Shown here one piece after another: positions 30,377 through 41,884 of a DNA stretch of 64,000 nt; the first letter of the stretch is position 1; every line of letters starts with the position of its first letter. The position numbers were made by a program, and so were the translations under genes. The DNA lies in the NCBI GenBank assembly GCA_003151615.1, contig PLXZ01000001.1, positions 352,124 through 416,123 of the forward strand, in the 5' to 3' direction. The notes under the pieces are model-generated. The model saw only the letters and a list, made by a program, of their open reading frames with translations, was not told the origin of the DNA and did no database searches. Source of the stretch: Candidatus Tayloriibacteriota bacterium (lineage in GTDB: Bacteria > Patescibacteriota > Minisyncoccia > Phycocordibacterales > PALSA-1337).

Positions 30377-31035
30377 TGCGCGGTCTTTCAAAAAACAGCG
30401 GCTTCACCCTCATCGAACTGATGGTCTCTCTGGCCATTTTTGCGTTTATGACGGCGTTTCTGCTGGCAAAGTACGGGACGTTCAATCAGAGCACTTTGGT
30501 CACGAATCTTGCGTACGACGCGGCGCTGACCATCCGAAGCGCGCAGAGTTACGGTTTGAATGTGCAAAATGCCGTTAATTCGCAAGGAACCAATCTAACT
30601 TGTTCGGGTCAGACCGGATATACTTCAGGCAATGCTTGTTTCTATTATGCTTACGGAGTTCATTTTGGAGGGACGACTCCGACTAATCGATTTATTTTAT
30701 TCGTTGATTTAAATACGGGCCAATCGAATTCCGGCGTATATGTTCCGAATGACAGTCCGAATGTTGAAGACATAAGCACTTATAAAATGAATACCGGTTA
30801 CACGATACAAGGCATCTGCGCAATACAAGCGGGCTCGTCCGCGTGCACGCCTCTCAGTTCGCTTGATATTACATTCAAACGACCGAATCCCGATGCTATA
30901 ATTGACGGGACGTTGTTGTCGGATGGAACGACGAAGATAACGAATGCTCCGTACGCGAAGATTACGTTTGTCGCCAATAATACGACGTCGTCGGTTGTCG
31001 TGCAAAGCACCGGCGAAATTTCGGTCGGAAACTGA
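30373..31035 (+). CDS. minor type IV pilin (FimT/FimU-like)
   Basis: GFTLIELMVSLAI; real start MMRGLSK, later than the ORF-track start. Confidence 0.88.
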   Translation: MMRGLSKNSGFTLIELMVSLAIFAFMTAFLLAKYGTFNQSTLVTNLAYDAALTIRSAQSYGLNVQNAVNSQGTNLTCSGQTGYTSGNACFYYAYGVHFGGTTPTNRFILFVDLNTGQSNSGVYVPNDSPNVEDISTYKMNTGYTIQGICAIQAGSSACTPLSSLDITFKRPNPDAIIDGTLLSDGTTKITNAPYAKITFVANNTTSSVVVQSTGEISVGN

Positions 31036-31733
31036 TGTCAAAATATAAAATGAAAAACACCGCTTCAACTTCGACAACCGCCGGCTTCACCCTCATCGAG
31101 ATCATCGTATCGATGGCGGTTTTCATCGTCGTCGCGACGATTGCCGTTGGGGCATTCCTAAAAATTCTCAGCGCGAACAAGCAGGCGCAGTCAATCGAGA
31201 CGGCCATGAACAATGCCGACTTCGCCCTCGATTCAATGTCCCGCGACTTGCGCGTGGGATACGGGTATACGTGTTACGATGATTACAATTATCCCAACGG
31301 TAATTCTATCTCAATCGGGAAAAATGCTTGTAATTCAATTAATTTGTCTATTTTGTTTGGATCATCGACAAATTTGACGACGTATCCAACGATTGCTTTT
31401 TATTCTTCAGAGAGCCCGAACGGGTGGAGTTGTTCGCAGCCGGCTATTCATGCGTATCGTTACAATCCAAGCACAAAAATACTTGAAAAGTCGGAAGAAA
31501 GCCAATGTAACGACACAGTAATTGGCGACGGTAATTCTCCGTTCGTGCCGCTCACCGCCACAAGTTCCGGTTTTGCCATTCAGACCTTTGGATTTTCTGT
31601 CGGAGGCGTCACTTCGCCTCAACAGCCGAAAGTTCTCATTTACCTGAAGGCGGCGGCCGGATCAAACCTGCAGAACCAAACGTCCTTTACGGTGCAGACA
31701 AGCGTGTCCCAACGCGTCATGAACGGATTATAA
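31035..31733 (+). CDS. minor type IV pilin (PilW-like)
   Basis: GFTLIEIIVSMAVF; C-terminal QTSVSQR. Confidence 0.88.
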   Translation: MSKYKMKNTASTSTTAGFTLIEIIVSMAVFIVVATIAVGAFLKILSANKQAQSIETAMNNADFALDSMSRDLRVGYGYTCYDDYNYPNGNSISIGKNACNSINLSILFGSSTNLTTYPTIAFYSSESPNGWSCSQPAIHAYRYNPSTKILEKSEESQCNDTVIGDGNSPFVPLTATSSGFAIQTFGFSVGGVTSPQQPKVLIYLKAAAGSNLQNQTSFTVQTSVSQRVMNGL

Positions 31734-31736
31734 AAT

Positions 31737-32327
31737 ATGAAAAAAATATGCATACAATCAGGCTTCACTTTGATCGAAACGCTTGTCGCCATTGCCATTC
31801 TCATGGTTGCGATCGCCGGACCGCTTAATATCGCGGAAAAAGGTTTGACGACTGCGGTCGATTCGCGCGACCAAGTCGTGGCGTCGTATTTGGCACAGGA
31901 CATGATGGAATTCGTCAAAAATGTCCGGGATGACAATCTCGAGGCGAGTCCTGTGAGAGCGTGGCTCAATGGGGTAAGTCAATGCACGGTATCTTCGCCG
32001 TGTACTGCGGAAACCGCGACGGGCGATCCGAACAATCTAGGTACGACTGTTTCGTCGGCGCCGGCTTGTAATTTCTTTTCGTATCCGGTGGTTTTGGACA
32101 ATTCATGCCGGCTCTATGTCGACGTCCAACACAATCCGGGCGGCTACTACACATATAATTCGACGGGGAATAATCAGTCGACACAGTTTTACCGGACGTT
32201 TTACATAACTCAGCCGACTGGCGCTGACAGCGATACCGCATTGTTGAACGTCTCGGTATATTGGACAAACGGAACCATCCTCAATCATGTCATTGAGCAG
32301 ACTATGATTTTTAACACAACCAGATAA
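31737..32327 (+). CDS. minor type IV pilin (PilV-like)
   Basis: GFTLIETLVAIAIL, ASYLAQDMMEFVKNVRD. Confidence 0.88.
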   Translation: MKKICIQSGFTLIETLVAIAILMVAIAGPLNIAEKGLTTAVDSRDQVVASYLAQDMMEFVKNVRDDNLEASPVRAWLNGVSQCTVSSPCTAETATGDPNNLGTTVSSAPACNFFSYPVVLDNSCRLYVDVQHNPGGYYTYNSTGNNQSTQFYRTFYITQPTGADSDTALLNVSVYWTNGTILNHVIEQTMIFNTTR

Positions 32328-32328
32328 T

Positions 32329-32892
32329 ATGAAAACTATGAGCACTTCGCATAGAAAATTTTTGGAAAATCGGGGATACGCGCTTTTGTTCGCGGTTTTG
32401 GTGTCGGCGGTGGTTCTCGGCGTCGGCGTCTCCATTTTGAATATTTCACGCAAGGAAATTCTCCTGACTTCCGGTGCGCAACAGTCGAAGTACGCCCTGT
32501 ATGCGGCTGACGCCGGATATGAATGCGTGCTGTATCAGGATTATCATAAGAATGCTTTTACCAGCACGAGCACGACTGGTTATACTTTTCCTTTATCCGA
32601 GTGCGGGGCTACCTATACCGGAACCACTCCCAATTCCTTCGCTCCGACGGTTACGGAAAGCAATCCGAGCGGAAATGTCTATCAATTCGTCTTCAGTATT
32701 CCGGTTTCGCAGGTAGGCTCGTGCGCAGCGGTGACGCTGACAAAAACGTATGACACCAGTCCGAGTACGGACATAACCGTTTCGACCCAGGTACTCTCCG
32801 ACGGATTCAATGTAGGATGGGAGGCGTCGCCCGGGGATTGCAATACTCCAAATCAGACAAAAGTAGAGCGCGCTCTTCTTGCGACTTATTAA
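32329..32892 (+). CDS. PilX-like minor pilin
   Basis: GYALLFAVLV without Glu5, ALYAADAGYEC. Confidence 0.82.
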   Translation: MKTMSTSHRKFLENRGYALLFAVLVSAVVLGVGVSILNISRKEILLTSGAQQSKYALYAADAGYECVLYQDYHKNAFTSTSTTGYTFPLSECGATYTGTTPNSFAPTVTESNPSGNVYQFVFSIPVSQVGSCAAVTLTKTYDTSPSTDITVSTQVLSDGFNVGWEASPGDCNTPNQTKVERALLATY

Positions 32893-35028
<2,136 letters not shown>

Positions 35029-35049
35029 TATGTTATTGTGTATTTAAAT

Positions 35050-35910
35050 ATGAACCAACATACTCAAATTATTAAAGATCGTTTGACGAAAGCCGTCACA
35101 AGTCCAATTCTCAAAGGAATTATCGCTAAAGATTACTCGTCTACGTTTAATCAGTTGGGTGTTTCTCAGAATGAATCTGACATCATTTCGAAAAAAATCT
35201 TTGATTACATTATTGAATCAAAAACTTTTCAGGAAGTGGAAAATAAAGTCACTGCTCTATTTCGAGATTCAAAAGTCGGTGAAAAAAATATTTTCGACCT
35301 GATTCATTCCGGTCTTGCCGATAGAGTCAATAAAATCACTACGCAAGTTACGCCCTACCTTCGGGGAATTTCTGGCAAGGTATTTGATTATGGAATGGGT
35401 TCCGGTGAAATCACCCAGAAACTTAAAGACGAGCTCGGACTTGATATTGAAGGCGGGGATGTCAGAGATTTTCGTTCAACAAATGTTACCGTGCCGTTTG
35501 TTTTACTTAAAGATTCTGATGGTTTGAACGGAAAAATTGTTGATGTACCGAATCTCCATTACCAAGCTGCACTTCTTACAAATGTCATTTATCATGAAAA
35601 AGTGAACGAAGCCATTCTCAGGGAACTTGACCGAATTGTGGCGAAAAAATTGGTGATTATCGAAACTGTGCCTGTTGGAAAAACTCCTGAAGAGATTGCT
35701 TTGGATCATGAACGCACATTTGCCAACGATGTATTATGGAATCGTTTCTTTAATAATGCCGATATTCCCGTACCCGGCACCTACGAAACGCCCGAAGACT
35801 GGACTAAGCGTTTTGAATCATTTGGATGGAAGACTGCTCATTCTGAAGACTTGGGTTTTGACCAGAAATCTATCCGTGACGTGCATCATCTTCTCGTTTT
35901 CGAAAGATAA
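35050..35910 (+). CDS. class I SAM-dependent methyltransferase-like protein
   Basis: VFDYGMGSG motif I, NVIYH, IIET. Confidence 0.7.
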   Translation: MNQHTQIIKDRLTKAVTSPILKGIIAKDYSSTFNQLGVSQNESDIISKKIFDYIIESKTFQEVENKVTALFRDSKVGEKNIFDLIHSGLADRVNKITTQVTPYLRGISGKVFDYGMGSGEITQKLKDELGLDIEGGDVRDFRSTNVTVPFVLLKDSDGLNGKIVDVPNLHYQAALLTNVIYHEKVNEAILRELDRIVAKKLVIIETVPVGKTPEEIALDHERTFANDVLWNRFFNNADIPVPGTYETPEDWTKRFESFGWKTAHSEDLGFDQKSIRDVHHLLVFER

Positions 35911-35952
35911 TATTGTGTTGGTTCGACATATTTTTCATGCTACAATCACGGC

Positions 35953-36252
35953 ATGTCAGCAACTAAAATCACTGAAAAAGACATAGAAAACCTTGCGAAT
36001 TTGGCACGTATCAAAGTCGACGCGGCTGAAAAAACGCAGTTAGTCAAGGAAATCGACTCGATTTTGGCTTATGTTGACACGATAAAAAAAGCGTCAATCG
36101 GCGAGAGTGCCGCTGAAGACCGCGTCGGTGCCGTGAAAAATGTCGCGCATCCCGACGATGCGCGCGCTCTTTCTCATGAGGACCGCGAGAGAATTCTCGT
36201 CGAAGTTCCGGATCGTGAAGGCGATTTCGTCGCGGTGAAGAAAATTTTGTAA
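35953..36252 (+). CDS. gatC: Asp/Glu-tRNA amidotransferase subunit C
   Basis: IENLANLARI, ILAYV, VAVKKIL; upstream of gatA. Confidence 0.92.
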   Translation: MSATKITEKDIENLANLARIKVDAAEKTQLVKEIDSILAYVDTIKKASIGESAAEDRVGAVKNVAHPDDARALSHEDRERILVEVPDREGDFVAVKKIL

Positions 36253-36359
36253 TTTTGCCTTCGATTTCCGAATTTGACTTTTGAAATTCGGATTTGCTAT
36301 ACTTGTTTCAGCATTTGGGGGGGATACCCAGGACGGCAATCAGCTGTAACCAAATGCGA

Positions 36360-36809
36360 TCAAAGTATATCACTCTCTTCGGGTGGTATTTTTTGTTTGA
36401 ACAGGGGAATGACGCTGAGAAATATTTTTTCGGTTCGTTCTGTTTGTTTAATTACTATTTTCAGGCGTATTTCATCGAGCATTGCAGTCAATTCATAATA
36501 TGTGACTTGTTGAATGGCAGTTTCTTTTCTGCCGTTTACGTATCTGTTTTCAAATCTTTGACGATATGTCTTGTTTTGCAATGTATGAGAATTTCCTATT
36601 ATTTTTATGGCGATAGGCAGGAGTCGCAGTCTCATATTCATGTCTTTCGACGTACGGACGGTATGTTTGTTTTTGAAACGGATATGGTCAAAGCCGGCAT
36701 CGGTGAAATGAATGTAATCTTTAAAATACGGGCAATAAACCCTGTCGATGCTTTTGTAAAAATGATCATCGGATTGTTCGTTTGAAAGTGAAATCGGGTT
36801 TTTATCCAT
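36360..36809 (-). CDS. hypothetical basic protein, possibly a BECR/RelE-like RNase fold
   Basis: VYCPYFKDYIHFTDAGFDHIRFK...LKIVIKQ...IFLSVIP; AT-rich; antisense between gatC and gatA. Confidence 0.6.
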   Translation of the reverse strand: MDKNPISLSNEQSDDHFYKSIDRVYCPYFKDYIHFTDAGFDHIRFKNKHTVRTSKDMNMRLRLLPIAIKIIGNSHTLQNKTYRQRFENRYVNGRKETAIQQVTYYELTAMLDEIRLKIVIKQTERTEKIFLSVIPLFKQKIPPEESDIL

Positions 36810-36954
36810 AAGTTGAGTATACAAAACCGGCAATGAAGAAACGTTAAAAAAGTTATAAAATTTTGATGAAAATCTATAAAGAAACGGCGAAATTTTGCGT
36901 TTGTGCTATAATTTGCATAAATAAAGTGTGGAGAGACGTTTAAAATCAACGAAA

Positions 36955-38433
36955 ATGCCGAAAATTGATTTAAAAAATCTGACGATAACGAAAGCTCACG
37001 CGGCGATGAATGCGGGTGATTTTTCCGCTGTCGAGTTGGCGCAGGCATATTTGGATTCTGCCGCGGCGAAAAATTCGGGAGCGAACGGCGGTCCGGGGAT
37101 AAACGCGTATTTGGAAATCTACGACGATGTCATCGAGCAGGCGAAGGAAGCCGACGCTCGCTTTAAGGCGAAAAAGGCGACTTTGCTCACCGGAATTCCA
37201 TTCGCAATCAAAGACAATATTTTAATAAAAAGCCGCGTCGCCAGCGCCGCATCGAAAATGTTGGAAAAATATCATGCGGTATATGACGCGACAGTCATTG
37301 AGAAACTTAAAAAAGAAGGGGTAGTTTTCATCGGCCGGGCGAACATGGACGAATTCGCCATGGGAGGCTCGACGGAAAATTCAGCGTTCGGCGTGACAAA
37401 AAATCCGCACGACACAACGCGCGTGGCCGGAGGGTCGTCGGGCGGATCGGCTGCGGCAGTGGCGATGGACGGCGCGCTCGTGGCTCTCGGTTCCGACACG
37501 GGCGGTTCGATTCGCCAGCCCGCTTCGTTTTGCGGATTGGTCGGTTTGAAGCCCACATACGGAGCAGTCTCGCGAAACGGCGTCATGGCCATGGGATCTT
37601 CGCTCGACCAGATAGGGCCTTTTGCAAAAACGGTTACGGATGCCGAAATAATTTTCAATGCCATTCGTGGTCTGGATCCGCTCGACAGCACCACGATTTC
37701 GGACAAAACATATTCGCCCAAAAAATCTGATGCCGGTGCCGGAACAAAGCCAGTTATCGGCGTACCGCGGCATTTCCTCGGCGGAGATGGCATCGACAAA
37801 ACGGTGCTGGAAAATTTTAATGAATCGCTCGAAAAATTGAAGAAGCTTGGCTATGAGATTCGCGACATTGAACTGCCGAATATCGGCTATTCGCTCGCGG
37901 TATATTACATCGTCATGCCCGCCGAAGTTTCCTCGAATCTTTCGCGTTTTGACGGAGTAAAATATGGTTTGCATGTTGACGGAAAAACCGGCATTGACGA
38001 CTATTTCGAAACACGCGCTGCCGGATTTGGAAGGGAGGTTCGCCGGCGTATCCTGCTTGGAACGTACGTTTTGTCATCCGGTTATTACGATGCATATTAC
38101 AACCGCGCGAACGCTGTGCGTCGCATCATCACCGAGGACTTCAACAAAGCTTTCGAAAAAGTTGATATAATTGTCACGCCGACGACGCCGGCTCCGGCTT
38201 TCAAAATTGGCGAGAAAACAGCGGATCCAGTGGCGATGTATTTGGAGGATATTTTTACGGTAACCGCAAACCTAACAGGAATGCCGGCGATGACGGTGCC
38301 TTCGGGATTTTCGGAAGTGGCTGGCGGCGCGAAATTGCCACTCGGTTTTCAAATGACTGCGCGACACGGCGACGAGGCGACATTGTTTGAAGTCGGCAAG
38401 GATTTTATGGATGAGTCGAATTCCACAATATAA
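36955..38433 (+). CDS. gatA: Asp/Glu-tRNA amidotransferase subunit A
   Basis: IKDNI, NMDEFAMG, GGSSGGS, GSDTGGSIRQPAS, LSSGYYDAYY. Confidence 0.97.
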   Translation: MPKIDLKNLTITKAHAAMNAGDFSAVELAQAYLDSAAAKNSGANGGPGINAYLEIYDDVIEQAKEADARFKAKKATLLTGIPFAIKDNILIKSRVASAASKMLEKYHAVYDATVIEKLKKEGVVFIGRANMDEFAMGGSTENSAFGVTKNPHDTTRVAGGSSGGSAAAVAMDGALVALGSDTGGSIRQPASFCGLVGLKPTYGAVSRNGVMAMGSSLDQIGPFAKTVTDAEIIFNAIRGLDPLDSTTISDKTYSPKKSDAGAGTKPVIGVPRHFLGGDGIDKTVLENFNESLEKLKKLGYEIRDIELPNIGYSLAVYYIVMPAEVSSNLSRFDGVKYGLHVDGKTGIDDYFETRAAGFGREVRRRILLGTYVLSSGYYDAYYNRANAVRRIITEDFNKAFEKVDIIVTPTTPAPAFKIGEKTADPVAMYLEDIFTVTANLTGMPAMTVPSGFSEVAGGAKLPLGFQMTARHGDEATLFEVGKDFMDESNSTI

Positions 38434-38437
38434 AAAT

Positions 38438-39130
38438 ATGGACGACAAAGAAGAAAAAAGCGGAGGGGGATGGGGCGTATCGACGGAAATCGAGATTTTT
38501 ATCGCGATCGTTGTTGTCATTATTCTCGTTCTCTTTTCCGGAGTTCTCTCGCATGTCACATGGCTGACCGATCCGGTCGTCAATTTTTTCACCAGTAAAA
38601 AAGACCAGGCTCTTTTGAGCGGCGGTTTGAAAACATTTGTCGGTTCACTCGTCGGACTTTCGATTCCGGTTTCGGTGATGCTTTTTATCGGCATTGTCAT
38701 ATCGGTCGAGCGTTTGAAAAGAATCCGCCGCAAGGAGCATGAAATGTACAATGCCCATGTCGAAGAAGCTTACGTCGCGCCCGCATCCGGCGCAGTCGCG
38801 CAGACAAACCAGGACAACATTGTCCGATGGCGAAAAATTCTGACCATGGTCGATTCGACAAACCAAAACGACTGGCGCCAAGCAATCATCGAGGCAGACA
38901 TCATTTTGGATGAGATTGTGACGGCCGCGAATTATGCCGGCGAGGATCTGGGAACAAAACTTCGCAATGCCACCGAGGCCGATCTCAAAACCGTGAAGCT
39001 TGCCCGGGAAGCCCATTTCATCAGAAATCGAATTGCCCATGACGGCGCCGCCTATCCAGTGAGCCAGCACGAGGCCAAGCGCGTGGTCAATCTCTACAAG
39101 CAAGTGTTTGAAGAATTCTATTACATTTAA
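38438..39130 (+). CDS. conserved hypothetical membrane protein
   Basis: Two TM segments, then WRQAIIEADIILD...AHFIRNRIAHDG (RxxxxH, HEPN-like) domain. Confidence 0.7.
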   Translation: MDDKEEKSGGGWGVSTEIEIFIAIVVVIILVLFSGVLSHVTWLTDPVVNFFTSKKDQALLSGGLKTFVGSLVGLSIPVSVMLFIGIVISVERLKRIRRKEHEMYNAHVEEAYVAPASGAVAQTNQDNIVRWRKILTMVDSTNQNDWRQAIIEADIILDEIVTAANYAGEDLGTKLRNATEADLKTVKLAREAHFIRNRIAHDGAAYPVSQHEAKRVVNLYKQVFEEFYYI

Positions 39131-39186
39131 AGTAGTGCCGCCGGCTCTTGCTTTTTCCTCCTAAAATGTTACTATGTTAATCCCAT

Positions 39187-39258
39187 AGCGGGGTAGAGCA
39201 ACGGTAGCTCGTCAGGCTCATAACCTGAAGATTGCCGGTTCGATTCCGGCCTCCGCAA
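39187..39258 (+). tRNA. tRNA-Met (CAT), initiator-type
   Basis: Acceptor GCGGGG/CTCCGC with unpaired 1:72, D arm GAGC/GCTC, anticodon arm TCAGG-CTCATAA-CCTGA, T arm GCCGG-TTCGATT-CCGGC; CCA not encoded. Confidence 0.95.
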
Positions 39259-39315
39259 CAAGCAAGGTAGATGCGAGTGCCTCATATTCTGAGTCATTTT
39301 CATCGGAAAACATCG

Positions 39316-39351
39316 AACACAAAAGCAGAGAAAAATCTCTGCTTTTGTGTT
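39316..39351. terminator. bidirectional terminator-like hairpin between tRNA and recombinase
   Basis: Perfect 16-bp stem AACACAAAAGCAGAGA-AAAA-TCTCTGCTTTTGTGTT. Confidence 0.8.
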
Positions 39352-39359
39352 ACTGGAAG

Positions 39360-40682
39360 TTATTCCGCGATCAGTTTCTTGTCTTTGAGCAGTATCTTGC
39401 TTTTGATGCACGACAGCACTTCTCGCTTTTCTAAAAGAGTCCCGTGCTGAAGCATGTACTTGGCGAATATCTTGATGCTTATGTCCCTATGCTTTTTTGA
39501 TTGCGGCAAATCCTGCTTGAGTACTCCAGTTTGAAAGAGTGCGTATCGCGCGATTTCTTTTTCTAGTTTTTGTCGTAGCTCTGATTTATCCAAACTCATT
39601 GTGTCGATGATAGGCAACATCTCGGCGATCAATATCGTTTCGCTCACAGACTCATTCGGGCAGTCTCGGTTTTTTACTTTGGTACAGCGATAATAGATAT
39701 GCGCGTTCGAGCCGCCGTTTTTGAGTTCCTTGATTTTCTCTTCAGCTGTTATACCCGAATCGCAGTATGCACAGTGGAGCATTCTCGTGAAAGCGAACTC
39801 ACGGCCGTAGGCCTTTTTCTTCTCGACTTTCAGTTTTTCCTGCACTATATCGAAAACCTCTTTTGTAATGATCGGCGTATGTTTGCCAGTATACCAATCG
39901 CCGCTACCCTCGGGATATTCGAAAACACCATAGTAGAAGGACATACGCAATATGCGGTATATATTGCCGAGCGTTACGTACTTGCCGTATCTGTTTTTAA
40001 ATTCCGTTTCCTTGAGCCATTTGCATATCTTTCTGCCGGAGTATCCCTCGTATGCCACCTTGTGAAATATATCCCTTACGATCGGCGCTCTTTGGTGATC
40101 GACAATGGCTTGGCATTTTTCATCCTTATTCTTGCTGTTCAAATACCCAGTCGGTGCCATCGATGGTCTCAGCCCCATCGCCGCACGCGTTCGCAGTCCG
40201 CGTTTGACGTTGATGACCTTGTTATCGTTTTCAAGCTTAGCCTGTGATCCCAGAATCATGAGAAGAAATTTCTCATTTGGATTGTTCGTGAACTTCTGTC
40301 CGCCGTAGGTGCGTATCTCGACCAGTAACTTTTGATCCATGAGGTCAACGATCCTACCGAGGTCGCCCGCGTTGCGACTGATACGATCGGGTGCCCACGT
40401 CAGTATGCCGTTGTACTTGCCCTGCTTCAGCTCCGCAATAATCTCATTGAACACCGGCCGTTGGCCCGCTTCCTTAGCTGAGTGCGATTCCTGTTTTCTG
40501 TCTACTATTTCCAGTCCTTCATTGACCGCCAGTTTCTCCATCTCGGCGATCTGGCTGTCGATTGAAAGTATCTGCTTGTCCTCCTGCTCTGTACTTTTGC
40601 GTGCGTAAAGGCAGTATTTCACCTTTACGGGGACTGCTACTTTGGCCGCAGTTCCCAGTGGCGCTTCTGTTTTATATGTCAT
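39360..40682 (-). CDS. large serine recombinase (resolvase + recombinase + Zn-ribbon)
   Basis: YARKSTE catalytic Ser, DRISRN, APTGY, HTPIITKE, CAYC...YYRC...C. Confidence 0.93.
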   Translation of the reverse strand: MTYKTEAPLGTAAKVAVPVKVKYCLYARKSTEQEDKQILSIDSQIAEMEKLAVNEGLEIVDRKQESHSAKEAGQRPVFNEIIAELKQGKYNGILTWAPDRISRNAGDLGRIVDLMDQKLLVEIRTYGGQKFTNNPNEKFLLMILGSQAKLENDNKVINVKRGLRTRAAMGLRPSMAPTGYLNSKNKDEKCQAIVDHQRAPIVRDIFHKVAYEGYSGRKICKWLKETEFKNRYGKYVTLGNIYRILRMSFYYGVFEYPEGSGDWYTGKHTPIITKEVFDIVQEKLKVEKKKAYGREFAFTRMLHCAYCDSGITAEEKIKELKNGGSNAHIYYRCTKVKNRDCPNESVSETILIAEMLPIIDTMSLDKSELRQKLEKEIARYALFQTGVLKQDLPQSKKHRDISIKIFAKYMLQHGTLLEKREVLSCIKSKILLKDKKLIAE

Positions 40683-40722
40683 ACATCTTAATCAATGACG
40701 CAGACCCGCCGAGGAGTCTAGG

Positions 40723-40750
40723 CTCCCTAGTTGGTAAACTGTAGGTAACT
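40723..40750 (+). repeat. 28-bp direct repeat, copy 1 (candidate recombination site)
   Basis: CTCCCTAGTTGGTAAACTGTAGGTAACT; 26/28 identical to 41575-41602. Confidence 0.9.
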
Positions 40751-40848
40751 TATCTTTCAAAAAAGGCCTGAAAATGCTAATATTTTAGGCACGTTATGGC
40801 TAACAAAAATCTCACAAACGAGAGGGTATTCAGAGTAGAAAACGACTT

Positions 40849-41544
40849 ATGAAACTACTATATAAATATATTGTATATACTCTTATTTTAATAGTTTCTT
40901 TTTTGAGTGCATGGTTATTACCTCTAGAGGCAACTATGAAAGGAATAGTTGCGTTCCCTGGAGTGGGTGTCTTATTTCTCGCTCTGTATCAATTATTACG
41001 AGATGGATGGCAACATGATAGAAATTTAAATCTTCAGTATAGACAACAAGATTTTATACTTTCTACTTCGTCACACATAGCAGATGTTGTTTACGACAGG
41101 CACGTCCTTTTCTGTGAGGAATATATTGATAGAGTTCAGAAAGGTAGGCAGGAATTATTAAGAGATGGTGCTTCACCAAAAGCATTGAGTATTGGTGGTG
41201 ATCTTGTAAGGATACGGCAAAAACATTCCGCATGGTTAACAGATAAAATTGAGAACAGCTTGAAACCCTTTGAGCAGGCCTTGATAAAAATTGGTGCTGA
41301 TGAACAACATCTCAGAACGACAGCGACGCAAGACATTGATGATAGAAAGAGAGATATTATCGATAAATTATATAGATCATTTGGGTTGGTATTGGGTCAC
41401 GAGAAACCCATGAATGACATGGAGGCAGAAATTCATATAGATAAAATAATTGATAAAATTAGAGACATTCTCGGGATAAAAACTATGACTGAGTTAAGAT
41501 CAGAGGCGATTTGTGTGACTCTTAATAGATTAAAAGGTCATTGA
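40849..41544 (+). CDS. hypothetical 2-TM protein (AT-rich cargo)
   Basis: 231 aa ORF, two N-terminal TM helices and a helical soluble domain; flanked by the 28-bp repeats. Confidence 0.75.
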   Translation: MKLLYKYIVYTLILIVSFLSAWLLPLEATMKGIVAFPGVGVLFLALYQLLRDGWQHDRNLNLQYRQQDFILSTSSHIADVVYDRHVLFCEEYIDRVQKGRQELLRDGASPKALSIGGDLVRIRQKHSAWLTDKIENSLKPFEQALIKIGADEQHLRTTATQDIDDRKRDIIDKLYRSFGLVLGHEKPMNDMEAEIHIDKIIDKIRDILGIKTMTELRSEAICVTLNRLKGH

Positions 41545-41574
41545 TTAGTGTTTATGGAATTTCGCTTGAATAGT

Positions 41575-41602
41575 CTCCCTAGTTGGTAAGCTGTTGGTAA
41601 CT
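41575..41602 (+). repeat. 28-bp direct repeat, copy 2
   Basis: CTCCCTAGTTGGTAAGCTGTTGGTAACT. Confidence 0.9.
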
Positions 41603-41736
41603 CGACTACACAAAAAGACCTATCTAAGCTAGGGTACATGGACTGATAGCCAGAATTGAGCTATCATAACCAGTGACAATTTAATATGTTTTTATGGCCT
41701 AACCCTCTTGGTTTTCCAGGAGATATGGTCAAAATT

Positions 41737-41881
41737 CCCGCTAGAGATCAAAAGACTCCTCGTCAGAGTCACTCTAGCGGGTCGTAACTGGAAACGGTTA
41801 CGGGCAGGGCCGAAAGGTTCTGTCGCGATGGCGAGGAGCCTTTTGCTACTCGGTTCTCACCATTCTTAAACCCCGCTAGAG
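41737..41881 (+). ncRNA. structured cis-regulatory / C4-antisense-like RNA
   Basis: Two GAAA-capped hairpins (41783-41802, 41803-41824); CTCTAGCGGG (41772-41781) complementary to two CCCGCTAGAG copies (41737-41746, 41872-41881). Confidence 0.7.
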
Positions 41882-41884
41882 TTT

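Noticed and set aside
36251-36898. AATTTTGC direct repeat flanking the gatC-gatA insert as a target-site duplication
   Set aside because: 8-bp AT-rich word that is likely to recur by chance
39230-39258. Duplicated tRNA 3' end as attR
   Set aside because: No second copy found by eye in the window
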